Origin: an uncultured virus (IMG/VR IMGVR_UViG_3300025626_002437)
Lineage: Duplodnaviria > Heunggongvirae > Uroviricota > Caudoviricetes
Virus record (IMG/VR): IMGVR_UViG_3300025626_002437
Length of the DNA: 64,000 nt
Reading direction: 5' to 3' (one strand)
Positions within the stretch are counted from its first letter, which is position 1, and the number at the start of each line of letters is the position of its first letter. The translations under genes and the position numbers were made by a program. The notes beneath the pieces were generated by a model. The model saw nothing but the letters and a program-made list of their open reading frames with translations, made no database searches and was not told the origin of the DNA. Of the stretch, positions 9,285-18,835 are shown one piece after another.

Positions 9285-10659
9285 TATTTTTGTACCTTTA
9301 GATATAAGCACTTATGCAACTGGATATTTTGTTGATGAAACAAAAGTTCAACATATGGAAAACGAATTAAGTCTAACAGGTAAGGATTATATTGAACACG
9401 ATATTTTTCATGTACTTTCAAGATCTCCGATGTACAATAGCGATTTGGATTTTTCGAAGTATGATAAAAAAGTGTCGATCAGTCCATTTAGGCTTGCAGT
9501 GGATGATATTGATTTATTAGATCAAATAGGCAGACGACTGTCTGATTCATACGACGACGAAATAATAATTTATATTACTATGAGTGAGCATCTTGCCTGT
9601 GTCCTTTCGCGTGAATTTTGGCTAAAGGCAGTTCCTAATTTTAATATAGTTATATCAGATGTATGGGAACCAGAATTTTTAGACCATAATCCAACACTAT
9701 CTATGTATAATGTTTTTGAGTTTATTAAAGAATGCAACGATGCAGTAGCACCTTTTAATATCAATATTATAAAACCTAATTCACATAATGGTTTACAAAA
9801 ATGGTTAACTGTAAATAAAATTCCTGCAAGTATTGTAGTATTTGAATATTTTTTATATGATACATGGGTGCAAAGTGGTGTCACCTACCATGGGTCTAAG
9901 TTAGATAACAAGACAGACTTTGATATAAATTCATTTTTTGAATTGCAACAAAAAACAGAAAAAAGTAAAGATTTGTTACTGTTAAACCGTACATACAAAG
10001 CACACAGAGCCGCTATAGTTAACGATTTGTACAAGGATGGGTATTTAGATAATAGTTTTTATAGTTTACAAGAAATTAATGAAGTAGGAGAAGCAAGTGA
10101 TATTTTAAAAGATTTCACGTTGCCTATTCTTGCTGATAGCGAACCAGAGCATAATATAAGTGTTGATGGATTTATGCAACATGACTCTGTTGCAAATTAT
10201 GACTGGATTCTTAAATCAAAATTATATGTTGGCACAGAAAGTTATATGTCAGTGGAATCTCAACTACTTCAGCAGGGTTATACGCATTACCCTATTAGGT
10301 TTATCAGTGAAAAAGTGTTCAAACCAATTGCATGGGGAATGCCTTTTGTAATTTTAGGAAATGCTTTTAGTTTACTTAAAGTTAGACAATTAGGGTTTAA
10401 AACATTCGACGGTCTTATAGATGAATCGTATGACAAAGAAACTGATGCTGAAGTTAGATACAAGATGGTACTAGATTCTATAAAAACATTTCTAGATAAT
10501 CCCCCTGATAGAGATAAAGTTTTGGAAATTTGTAAATTTAATTTAGATTTATTTTATAGCACAGATTTTCAATTAAATCAATTTGCCGACATGGCAAATC
10601 TGTGTGTAAACAATTATTATAATTTTAGAAGGAAAGTAGACGAAGAATTCAATCAGTAA
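9277..10659 (+). CDS. putative glycosyltransferase-like protein ('TEK' paralog 2)
   Basis: LNRTYKAHR ... VGTES ... FISEKVFKPIAWGMPFVILG ... LGFKTF...DESYD. Confidence 0.55.
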   Translation: MINIFVPLDISTYATGYFVDETKVQHMENELSLTGKDYIEHDIFHVLSRSPMYNSDLDFSKYDKKVSISPFRLAVDDIDLLDQIGRRLSDSYDDEIIIYITMSEHLACVLSREFWLKAVPNFNIVISDVWEPEFLDHNPTLSMYNVFEFIKECNDAVAPFNINIIKPNSHNGLQKWLTVNKIPASIVVFEYFLYDTWVQSGVTYHGSKLDNKTDFDINSFFELQQKTEKSKDLLLLNRTYKAHRAAIVNDLYKDGYLDNSFYSLQEINEVGEASDILKDFTLPILADSEPEHNISVDGFMQHDSVANYDWILKSKLYVGTESYMSVESQLLQQGYTHYPIRFISEKVFKPIAWGMPFVILGNAFSLLKVRQLGFKTFDGLIDESYDKETDAEVRYKMVLDSIKTFLDNPPDRDKVLEICKFNLDLFYSTDFQLNQFADMANLCVNNYYNFRRKVDEEFNQ

Positions 10660-10772
10660 GGGCACCGGTTACTTTTTCTACGTTCTCTATATCATTATAT
10701 ATCTAATTGCTCGAGCAGTTAAGGGTGCCGTCCTCTATGCAATTAGGAATAGTTTAACTATTCTTTCTCCGT

Positions 10773-11261
10773 TTATTGTACGTCTTCTATGAAACGCAAT
10801 TTTTGATGGTCGTTAAGTTCAACAGTAGCACTATTATGCTCATGTTCTCTTACTGTGGTCTTTTGTACCCAACATCTTCCATTTGTTAATTCCTTAACAA
10901 TTTCATCTGCTTTGTCAAAAGCCATTTCAGCAAACCTTTCACAACCTGTATGCGATACTACTCGCATATCAATTAGACCTTTGGCTTGTAACAACTCAAT
11001 GGTTTCCATTTCTGGATCATTCTCTGCTACCAAGTAAGTATGATCAAACATGTGTTTCAACCATTCTTTAAGTGGCTTCAATCCACCAAAGTCTACTATC
11101 CAGTTACTCTCGTCAAGTTCGTCTCCACCAAAGGTGAATTCAAACTGTAGAGCATAACCATGGATTAAGTTACAGTGACTATCTGCCTTCCACTGCCTAA
11201 ACGCACAACTGTGGCCAGTTGAATGCGAATATGTTTTACCTGAATAAAATCTTTTGTTCAT
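10773..11261 (-). CDS. queD: 6-carboxy-5,6,7,8-tetrahydropterin synthase (QueD/PTPS)
   Basis: SHCNLIHGY, WIVDFGGLK, FDHT, GCERFA, VREHEHNSA motifs. Confidence 0.88.
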   Translation of the reverse strand: MNKRFYSGKTYSHSTGHSCAFRQWKADSHCNLIHGYALQFEFTFGGDELDESNWIVDFGGLKPLKEWLKHMFDHTYLVAENDPEMETIELLQAKGLIDMRVVSHTGCERFAEMAFDKADEIVKELTNGRCWVQKTTVREHEHNSATVELNDHQKLRFIEDVQ

Positions 11262-11285
11262 CTATATGCCTCAAATAGTTTTACT

Positions 11286-11314
11286 ATTATAAGATCTATT
11301 TAGGCATCAGTCAA
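11286..11314 (-). promoter_or_regulatory. sigma70-type promoter for queD
   Basis: TTGACT-17 nt-TATAAT. Confidence 0.8.
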
Positions 11315-11338
11315 CCTATTTTTTATAAATTCTGGTAA

Positions 11339-11821
11339 TTACTTCTTTTTCTTTTCCATTATGGCAACTGCTTTGTCGTATTCTTTTTTATCAATTACGC
11401 CTTCAGCAAGTAGTCTTGTTCTGTTTGCCATATGTCTTTCATATAACTCTTCTTTGCTACCACCATAGTAATCAACACAATGACCTGCGTCCATTAGTGC
11501 TGTTACTACACTACATTGCTCGCCATCTTTGTCAATAATAAAATCACCAAGGATACGTCCGAACTTGCCTTTCATATCTTCGCCATCTCTATTGATTTGT
11601 GTTTTTAGAATTGAGGTTTTACCTAGCATTGCCTTAAGAGCATTCTTAGCCGCAATACCAAATACCTTTTCGACCTTATCGCTTGTTCGACTTTCTGGGG
11701 TGTCGATACCCATTATTCTTACTCGTTCGTCGCTGAGTACCACACCAAAGCCTAAATCTATGTCTACGTCTACTGTGTCGCCATCAACAACTTTGAGTAT
11801 CTTACATCTATACTCGTACAT
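11339..11821 (-). CDS. thermonuclease (staphylococcal nuclease-like)
   Basis: KVVDGDTVDVDIDLGF, RVRIMGIDTPESRT, GKFGRILG; start MYEYRC with AGGAG SD. Confidence 0.85.
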   Translation of the reverse strand: MYEYRCKILKVVDGDTVDVDIDLGFGVVLSDERVRIMGIDTPESRTSDKVEKVFGIAAKNALKAMLGKTSILKTQINRDGEDMKGKFGRILGDFIIDKDGEQCSVVTALMDAGHCVDYYGGSKEELYERHMANRTRLLAEGVIDKKEYDKAVAIMEKKKK

Positions 11822-11861
11822 TGTTTTACTCCTACTCCCACCTACGGGATTATAAGAGTAT

Positions 11862-12404
11862 TTATCTAATAGACTTATAAAATTTGTGGTTACCAATTGT
11901 GGTGACGAGTGTCATATGAGGTGCCCAAAACGGCTCAATGAAGTTTGCATGATAATGATCTGATCCATCTGTTAATCCTAAACCTAGATCATGATTGATT
12001 ACACCATATGCAACATCTAATGCTCTTTGCCAACTGTCTGGCTCGGTAGGTTCATCACTGATACCATCGCACCACCAACTGAACTGGCACATACCTTTTA
12101 CTGGATTGAAGATGCGTTCTTCTTGACGCAAGTCTTCAAACCTAGCAGTTTTCCAACTTTCATATACAGGGCCTTGTTTAACTACTTCACAAATAGTGTT
12201 TGGAAAAGCCACACTTTTGACTCTATTGATAGTGACATCTGCTACTGCCCACATTCCTGAGGTTCTTTCGCTTCTTGCTTCGTGATAGATATTCAATGCT
12301 AGGCATTCTGCTTCTTGACGCAGATCTAACGGTCCTATCATTGATGCTTGTACTGATGTACAGAAAAATGTTGCTATCAACATCAACTTCTTATACTTGT
12401 TCAT
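11862..12404 (-). CDS. cell wall hydrolase, SleB/Hydrolase_2 family
   Basis: CLALNIYHEARSE, AVADVTINRV, FPNTICEVVKQ, CQFSWWCDG, IGNHKFY; N-terminal signal-like segment. Confidence 0.9.
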   Translation of the reverse strand: MNKYKKLMLIATFFCTSVQASMIGPLDLRQEAECLALNIYHEARSERTSGMWAVADVTINRVKSVAFPNTICEVVKQGPVYESWKTARFEDLRQEERIFNPVKGMCQFSWWCDGISDEPTEPDSWQRALDVAYGVINHDLGLGLTDGSDHYHANFIEPFWAPHMTLVTTIGNHKFYKSIR

Positions 12405-12430
12405 ATCTCTTGCCCCTTTATATAAACTAT

Positions 12431-12459
12431 ATTATAACAAATTTGTGTGAATGTGTCAA
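12431..12459 (-). promoter_or_regulatory. sigma70-type promoter for the SleB-like hydrolase
   Basis: TTGACA-17 nt-TATAAT perfect consensus. Confidence 0.85.
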
Positions 12460-12463
12460 CTAT

Positions 12464-12910
12464 TTATACTTTAGTGTCTTCTGCTCTATGCACTCTTTTG
12501 CGTAAAGACGTACTGCTAAAACTGTGATCTCTGCCGTTATACACTATCTTACTGCCACGTTGTTTAGCAATATCTTTGCCTGTAAAGTCTTTGTTTTTAT
12601 ATTCGTCACCTAGTACTCTAACATCTATTGGTAATGTAAGAAGTAAGTCTAGTAAGTCTTGCTCGGTGTTGTAAATAACTATTTCATCTACATACTTAAC
12701 TGCCGCTAGTTGTATTTGTCTTTCGACTATTGTTTGTACAGGTTTATTTTTTTCTGGTCTGTCTTCTGTTGGATCGTTTTGTAATCCTACAATTAAATAA
12801 TCACAGTGATGTTTTGCTTCTTCTAGCATTGTGATATGTCCTGCATGTAGCAAGTCAAAAGTAGAACAAGTAAATCCTATCTTTCCGCAATCTTTATAAT
12901 TTAATTTCAT
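12464..12910 (-). CDS. glycerol-3-phosphate cytidylyltransferase-like (TagD family)
   Basis: STFDLLHAGH, CDYLIVGL, KYVDE, GDEY, RDHSFSSTSLR. Confidence 0.85.
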   Translation of the reverse strand: MKLNYKDCGKIGFTCSTFDLLHAGHITMLEEAKHHCDYLIVGLQNDPTEDRPEKNKPVQTIVERQIQLAAVKYVDEIVIYNTEQDLLDLLLTLPIDVRVLGDEYKNKDFTGKDIAKQRGSKIVYNGRDHSFSSTSLRKRVHRAEDTKV

Positions 12911-13082
12911 CTCTGACTACTGGTTGTTTACTGTAATCTAACTCACCTGCTGTAATCTTGCAAGGAATAAATTTAGCATTGTTAATAACTTTTCTAAGTT
13001 CTTTATCTAACTTAGTTCCATCGTTTAGTAGTTCATTGCTGTAAGGAACTTCTACTGTGATTGTTGCTCTGATAATTTTCAT
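12894..13082 (-). CDS. hypothetical protein
   Basis: 62 aa ORF overlapping both neighbours in the operon. Confidence 0.55.
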   Translation of the reverse strand: MKIIRATITVEVPYSNELLNDGTKLDKELRKVINNAKFIPCKITAGELDYSKQPVVRDEIKL

Positions 13083-13243
13083 ACTATGTGTTGCTCTCTA
13101 CTCTTCTTTGCTGTGTGCTTAACACCTGACTTAGTAACATATTCATTTGTGATGCCTTTGGTACCGCCACCTTCACTCAGCAGTAAACTCACAATAGCAA
13201 TCAAACTTGCTATCATACCTGCCGCTAATATTACTCCGTCCAT
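13079..13243 (-). CDS. small membrane-anchored protein (54 aa, not in ORF track)
   Basis: MDGVILAAGMIASLIAIVSLLLSEGGG...; TAATG and ATGA overlaps with flanking genes. Confidence 0.65.
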   Translation of the reverse strand: MDGVILAAGMIASLIAIVSLLLSEGGGTKGITNEYVTKSGVKHTAKKSREQHIV

Positions 13244-14070
13244 TATTTGTATTCTACTTCTACGGCCATGCCGTTATCTTGAACAATATTTATGTGTTCA
13301 AATTCAAACTCGTCCCCTGTTACTTGTTTCCACAATTGCCATTGTGTCATGACAGTTTTGTCGGCGCCTCTTGTTCCATGCAGATGCATAATTTTTGCAT
13401 CGTCTATGTTTGCTCCATTCCATGCTTCTATTTGTGCTATGTAATGTGGATTAGATATTGCTTGTGGTACAGCATTCATCATTTGAAAATTCATTGTTGG
13501 GTTATGCCATTGGTTAACATCTTTGTTTTCGCTGTACATCATTTCATTAAATATAATTTGTTCTGTTCCCCAAATGTTGTAGTCCCAATCGTTAGCATAC
13601 TTCCAACCTAAGTCCCAAACTTCCTGTGACATTGTTTTAGGATAGTATCGTACACCTGCATTAAAGTAATGTTGATGTTGTAATCCATATTTGTTGTTTG
13701 CATCTTTGCCGCCTAATGTTTTAGGATCTGTGTAATTAAACATTTGAAAGTGTTCCAGTTGATCAAACACATTTACTGGCTTTAGCATAATTGTATCTAA
13801 GTCTAAAAACAGTATATTGTTTTTGCCACCATCCCACATTTCATAAACTTCGCCAAAGTTTTTATCAAAAACTTCCTGGTAACTGTCTACTTCATTTTCA
13901 ATGATTTCAAAATCCCAGTCGCCTTCTAGAAATGTATCAACACTTTCGCATACTATTTCGCTCATACTAGAATACAGTTTAAATGTATTATCCGCACCCT
14001 GGTCTGTATTATATTCTAATTTATCGTTGTTCTTAATACGGCAAAGGGCCATTGAGACTATGTTTGACAT
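13243..14070 (-). CDS. GT-A fold glycosyltransferase (GT8-like)
   Basis: ILFLDLDT (DxD), YFNAGV, TEQIIFN, IMHLHG. Confidence 0.75.
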   Translation of the reverse strand: MSNIVSMALCRIKNNDKLEYNTDQGADNTFKLYSSMSEIVCESVDTFLEGDWDFEIIENEVDSYQEVFDKNFGEVYEMWDGGKNNILFLDLDTIMLKPVNVFDQLEHFQMFNYTDPKTLGGKDANNKYGLQHQHYFNAGVRYYPKTMSQEVWDLGWKYANDWDYNIWGTEQIIFNEMMYSENKDVNQWHNPTMNFQMMNAVPQAISNPHYIAQIEAWNGANIDDAKIMHLHGTRGADKTVMTQWQLWKQVTGDEFEFEHINIVQDNGMAVEVEYK

Positions 14071-14229
14071 GGTTTTTTCCTATTCTTGCTCATATTTAAC
14101 TGTTTTTTACCTATTATGAAACGGTTTAAGGCAGATCCTGTAAATATATTATGTAAATGAGGTTGTGATAAAATTCTCACAACCTTTAACAATTTGAGTC
14201 CCTCTGATGAAACTCTAAGATACACGATA

Positions 14230-15309
14230 TCAGAATACATCCACCTCATTTACTTTTTTAGTTTCAACTGCTCTATTGTATAGTTGCTCACTTGCTAGAT
14301 TCTTAGCCTTTGCCTCGCATTGTATATCGAACTCATCTAAAAACGTTAATGCCCAGTCATTTGCATCTTGATTAGGATAGTAGTCAGAATGTGCTCTTAG
14401 TTTTTGTTTCTTGCCGCCTGTCTCTAATAGATCGGGTATGGAGTGTAAGGTAGTGTGCCTGTTCGACTCATCAATTCTACTTGACTGATTGAGCCATTCA
14501 TCCCTGCTATAACTATAATGTATAGTAGGCCTAACACCACGCCAACTGTCAATGACCATTTTAACACGGTCATCATCTGCTTGTATATATTCTTCATCTC
14601 TAATCCAATGATGATGTATGTCTAGCACTAGTGCAACATGATCTTTCAGCATAAGACTTGCGTCTAAGCCATGACACATTTCGTCATTCTCAATAGCAAT
14701 AGTGTTCCTAGCCTCAGGGGAAAGCCTAGGCAATACATCTATGATACCCTGATATCCACGTCTACCTGATATGTGTACATTTAGTTTCATATCCATAAAC
14801 TCTTTGCCGTAACCCATCCATCTGGCCATATCAGCATGATACTCGAATTCGTCAATGCTACGTTCTACGACGTCATCATTGTCCGAAGCAAGGACACAAA
14901 ACTGACCAGGATGAAAACTAATCCGAACATCACGCTCACGAGCATGATCACCAATTCTTCCAAATCCACGGGCAAGTTCCTTACGAACTGTTTTATCTTC
15001 GAAAACATATCTCCAACTGGGTTCAGTTGCCATTGGTATTTGGTTACTGCCCAGTCTAACCATTCTCCTGCCTGCAGGTAAACTGCTGGCGTAATCAACG
15101 AGGTTGTAGGCACTTTGCATGTTGTGTTCAACTATGTCTAATAGTTTTTGTTCAGCAACACTTTTTTCTTGTCTATTGCACCATGCAACAGTTGTGCCTT
15201 TCTCGGTGTATTGTTGTTGTATTTCTTTTAATACTTTAGGTTTCTGTGTTTGATCGCTGTCTAAGTATTTACAACAAAAACCAATTCTTTTAACTGAGTT
15301 GTTAAACAT
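14230..15309 (-). CDS. uvsE: UV DNA damage endonuclease
   Basis: RIGFCC, RISFHPGQFCVLAS, AIENDE, LVLDIHHHW, RAHSDY, DIQCEAKAKNLA. Confidence 0.92.
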   Translation of the reverse strand: MFNNSVKRIGFCCKYLDSDQTQKPKVLKEIQQQYTEKGTTVAWCNRQEKSVAEQKLLDIVEHNMQSAYNLVDYASSLPAGRRMVRLGSNQIPMATEPSWRYVFEDKTVRKELARGFGRIGDHARERDVRISFHPGQFCVLASDNDDVVERSIDEFEYHADMARWMGYGKEFMDMKLNVHISGRRGYQGIIDVLPRLSPEARNTIAIENDEMCHGLDASLMLKDHVALVLDIHHHWIRDEEYIQADDDRVKMVIDSWRGVRPTIHYSYSRDEWLNQSSRIDESNRHTTLHSIPDLLETGGKKQKLRAHSDYYPNQDANDWALTFLDEFDIQCEAKAKNLASEQLYNRAVETKKVNEVDVF

Positions 15310-15871
15310 TATACACCTTTAGGAATGTTGATATATGTTTTGCTTCATATATGTGTTTTCTTTCTTTATTGAATTTAGGTTGTGGTGCTTCTAGTGAAGT
15401 GTAGTGTTTGTACAAATGTTCTGAAATTTTTTCAACTTTACGTTCTAGATAATGCAATGGTTCTCCGTTTTTGTATACTTCATAATAAGGTTTGTACATA
15501 TCTGTTCTGCCTAACTTGCTGACATCACCTGTTTGATTGTATGTATGTACACCTTCGAATAATGCAGGTGTTTCGTATAATGATATATCCACAAGCATAT
15601 TATACTGGTTTAGGCTGGTGTTTGTCAAGTCTATTATTGTTTTACCTGCTTCGTCGGTTGGCTTGCCTATTATTGCAATGTCTATGTCCCATGTAGGCAA
15701 ATGCGGAAATGCACCGTGCATAAAGATATCATGATTTGGAAAAGCATTAACTAAATGCTCTACAGCAAATTCGCAAAAAGTTTTGACGTCTGGCGGATTC
15801 CAAGCAATGTCTGTTTTTATGTAGTCGCCTGCCGTATATGTAAAGTTGTCTGTATTTGATTCAGATACCAT
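15302..15871 (-). CDS. possible Pol-beta-type nucleotidyltransferase domain protein
   Basis: hG-x(7)-DxD pattern (FMHGAFPHLPTWDIDIAI) and a later hDh (LVDIS). Confidence 0.45.
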   Translation of the reverse strand: MVSESNTDNFTYTAGDYIKTDIAWNPPDVKTFCEFAVEHLVNAFPNHDIFMHGAFPHLPTWDIDIAIIGKPTDEAGKTIIDLTNTSLNQYNMLVDISLYETPALFEGVHTYNQTGDVSKLGRTDMYKPYYEVYKNGEPLHYLERKVEKISEHLYKHYTSLEAPQPKFNKERKHIYEAKHISTFLKVYNV

Positions 15872-16872
15872 TCTACCCAATCCGTTTTTGTGAGTACATT
15901 GTAATTATGTTCGCAAATTTCTTTAGTTTTATCATGTATCTCGGTTACTTCTAATTTAGATAAATTATAGCATAATTCAACTGCTAGGTCAACTCTTTCT
16001 TTTGGTGTATTTGCATTATAGTAATCTTCATTCCACATGCTATTAAATGTTTTAAAACCCATGTCTGTGAGATACTTATCTACCCCTTTACCTTTACCTA
16101 TTAAGTGTATGAATGGTCTTTTGTGTTTTATAGGTTTGATTATTTTTGCAGTATAGAACATAGTAGCACCTACCTTTTGTTCTACATCATGCCAGTCTTT
16201 TTCGTAAACACCAGGTACTGTGTTTGCCATTGAATCTACAGTAATTGTGACTGCACTATCTTTAAAAATAATTCCGTCCAGATTGTTACGATCATTTAAA
16301 TGAAAGCCGCCAGTAAACCTACTAGATTCTGGTATTTCTTCTGGGTAAGAATTATGCACATCAAGTTGTATCATTGTGCGTGGTATTTGTAATTTACAGT
16401 ATTGCATAAACTCGTTTGTAAAATGATGTTGCTTATGCATATCAGTATTAATTGTTCTGTATGCTGACCAATGCGTATCTTTTAATAAATCTTTTTCAAA
16501 CAAACCTTGCAGTAGCATAAATCTATCATAATGAAAATTACCTGCTAAGAAATTAAAATGTTTAGTTGGTGTAGTATCAGGAATTTCGTGAATAATATAA
16601 TGTGTTATGAGGTGCAACGGATAATGTACATGTAAAAAGGGTGTATTTTTAATTCCGTTTAATGTTGGCTCTGCTAAAACCACCCTGCTTGGGTCAATTG
16701 AGTTACTGACACAATACTCTAAAATTTTATCTAAGTCTATTGCTTCAAAGTTCTCACCTTGCTTTAGTGGCTTTGGTATAGGTAAGTCATACACATCTAT
16801 TAGGTTCATACGATCATAGAACTGCATAATCTTATTTTTTTGCGTACTAGGTAGTAATGACATTAGTGACAT
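15817..16872 (-). CDS. putative glycosyltransferase-like protein ('TEK' paralog 3, divergent)
   Basis: FYTAKIIKPIKHKRPFIHLIG ... MGFKTFNSMWNEDY ... ICEHNY; ATG at 16872 is 5 nt after ATTAAATA. Confidence 0.5.
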   Translation of the reverse strand: MSLMSLLPSTQKNKIMQFYDRMNLIDVYDLPIPKPLKQGENFEAIDLDKILEYCVSNSIDPSRVVLAEPTLNGIKNTPFLHVHYPLHLITHYIIHEIPDTTPTKHFNFLAGNFHYDRFMLLQGLFEKDLLKDTHWSAYRTINTDMHKQHHFTNEFMQYCKLQIPRTMIQLDVHNSYPEEIPESSRFTGGFHLNDRNNLDGIIFKDSAVTITVDSMANTVPGVYEKDWHDVEQKVGATMFYTAKIIKPIKHKRPFIHLIGKGKGVDKYLTDMGFKTFNSMWNEDYYNANTPKERVDLAVELCYNLSKLEVTEIHDKTKEICEHNYNVLTKTDWVEWYLNQIQTTLHIRQATT

Positions 16873-16983
16873 GTGTGTATTTAATAAGTAACCTGTCACT
16901 ATTCTTTGATTTACGATAAATACTTTTATCAAACATACACACATATACTATAACCGGTTAAAAATATAAGTGGAGAAAAAATA

Positions 16984-18822
16984 ATGGCAGACACTAAAAA
17001 TTATGGATTAAAAGGTGTAGGCGCCAATATAGAATTAGGCAAAAGAGGCAACACGATCGAGAGCGATGGCGGAAACGTCATCCTTAAAACGACCGCTGGT
17101 GCATTGGCCACAATCGCAGGAGCAAACGGTACTGCTTCAAGTCATTTCGTAACAAAAGCACAGATGGACGCAGGTCTATCTGGTAGTGCTGATGGATTCC
17201 AAATTAGTTTGGGCGACGTTACGTCTTATGGTGACGGAAGTTATGCCGGCGGTGCAATAACACTAACAGATAGTACTAAAATTTCAAGTGCGATCGATAC
17301 ACTAAATGAAACGTTAGGCTTGTTAGTACCAACAGCACCAGGTGATTTTCCAAACAGTGAAACTTTAACAGTTTCAAGTGTTGGAAGTGCACCTTACCTA
17401 GCAGATGGCTCAGTTCCAGATAGAACCTCAGGAGGCACACTACCAGCAAGTGCAGGTGCAAGTGTGACTCGTGTTACTGATACAACTCCAAATTCAAGTC
17501 AAGTAGACAACTTTAGATCAGACTCAGGAACGTTAGCGGCTGTAGTCAATGGCTCTACCTCAGGTAGTGTTACATTTGACGGCACAGACAAAGATGGTAC
17601 TTATACTGATTTATTCGTTAGCGGATATGCTGATTCACCAAGTGATACACCAGGATTTTATACAGAAAGTGATGCTCAAATTAGAATAGCATCGACCCTA
17701 AGTACAGGGTGGAATAGAATCCAAATGACAAAAACTGATACAAGTGACACTAATGAAGTGTACTTTGTAGTAGATGATCTAACAGGATCACCAACAGTTG
17801 CGTCAGGAACTATAACAGGTGACACTAATGGTACAACAGCATACAGTTCAGGTATTGAACATTTTGGTTCAAGCGGTGCTGTAACTATTGGCAATTTGAC
17901 AATGACGAATTTGGCAGGAGAGACATATAGAAATGGTAACCCTATTTCCGTATCTGGCTCTGATAGCATAATCAGTACACAGTCTTACTCTTATTCAGAC
18001 GTAGGCGTATCAACTCCGATTACCAGACAAACAACAAGTGCTCAATCCTTGAGTGCTTTAACAGTAAATGTTAATGGTTCTAACAGACACACGTCAGGAA
18101 CATTAACAGTAACAGGTACAAACGTAAATGGTTCAGGCTCTCAGTCTGTATCAGGTACAATATTACTCAAAGCAGGCACGGCGCGAAGCAGTGATGTAGA
18201 TGAGCAAAACATATCTATACCATCAGGAGCAACTGGCGGTAATAGAGTAGACTTAGGTTCAAGTGCAACAGGTGATACACCTTTAGGCGCAGGCAACCTT
18301 CCAAGTAGTAGTTTAACATGGGACAGTACTCAAGACTTAACAGCAAGTGGCTATGCTCACGAGGCTGGTGTAGTTGCAGGTATTTTATCCTCTGATCAAA
18401 CTGATTACACATCAGGCTATTGGCCAAATGAAAATGTTGTAGACTATAGTGGCAAAGATGCTACTCAGTATATGACATTCTATTTTGCCAAATCAGCCGT
18501 TAGTACTTTTAGTATTAGCATAACAGGTTCTTATACAGGACTATATATAGGATTGCCAGGGGTTAGTGATAGCAATAGCACATCACCTAACGCAACTGGC
18601 GGAGCATGGTATGATGCATTTACATTATATGATGGCTCAGGTAACCCAGGTGGGGTAGGCAATGGCGCAGGCTGTGGCAATGGTTCAATTGCAAGTGGGA
18701 GTTCCGGCTCAGTTTCAATTACATTAGGTACAGAAAGCACAACAAACGCCACCAATAACGTTGTTTTGATTAGAGTCAAACTAGGTAGTTCAGACTCTAT
18801 ATCAGCAATTAGTGTTTCTTAA
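16984..18822 (+). CDS. Gly/Ser/Thr-rich virion structural protein (tail/baseplate-like)
   Basis: Composition typical of beta-rich virion proteins; GATAAATA late promoter at ~16915 and GGAG SD. Confidence 0.6.
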   Translation: MADTKNYGLKGVGANIELGKRGNTIESDGGNVILKTTAGALATIAGANGTASSHFVTKAQMDAGLSGSADGFQISLGDVTSYGDGSYAGGAITLTDSTKISSAIDTLNETLGLLVPTAPGDFPNSETLTVSSVGSAPYLADGSVPDRTSGGTLPASAGASVTRVTDTTPNSSQVDNFRSDSGTLAAVVNGSTSGSVTFDGTDKDGTYTDLFVSGYADSPSDTPGFYTESDAQIRIASTLSTGWNRIQMTKTDTSDTNEVYFVVDDLTGSPTVASGTITGDTNGTTAYSSGIEHFGSSGAVTIGNLTMTNLAGETYRNGNPISVSGSDSIISTQSYSYSDVGVSTPITRQTTSAQSLSALTVNVNGSNRHTSGTLTVTGTNVNGSGSQSVSGTILLKAGTARSSDVDEQNISIPSGATGGNRVDLGSSATGDTPLGAGNLPSSSLTWDSTQDLTASGYAHEAGVVAGILSSDQTDYTSGYWPNENVVDYSGKDATQYMTFYFAKSAVSTFSISITGSYTGLYIGLPGVSDSNSTSPNATGGAWYDAFTLYDGSGNPGGVGNGAGCGNGSIASGSSGSVSITLGTESTTNATNNVVLIRVKLGSSDSISAISVS

Positions 18823-18835
18823 GGAGGAATGAATA

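Noticed and set aside
10661..10763. preQ1 riboswitch next to queD
   Set aside because: The element is downstream of queD, not in its leader, and I could not match preQ1 class consensus sequences
14164..14181. CRP site (TGTGA...TCACA)
   Set aside because: Spacer is 8 nt rather than the canonical 6
14195..14216. Hammerhead-like CTGATGA/GAAAC core
   Set aside because: The two core elements overlap with no stem II between them, so no hammerhead fold can be built
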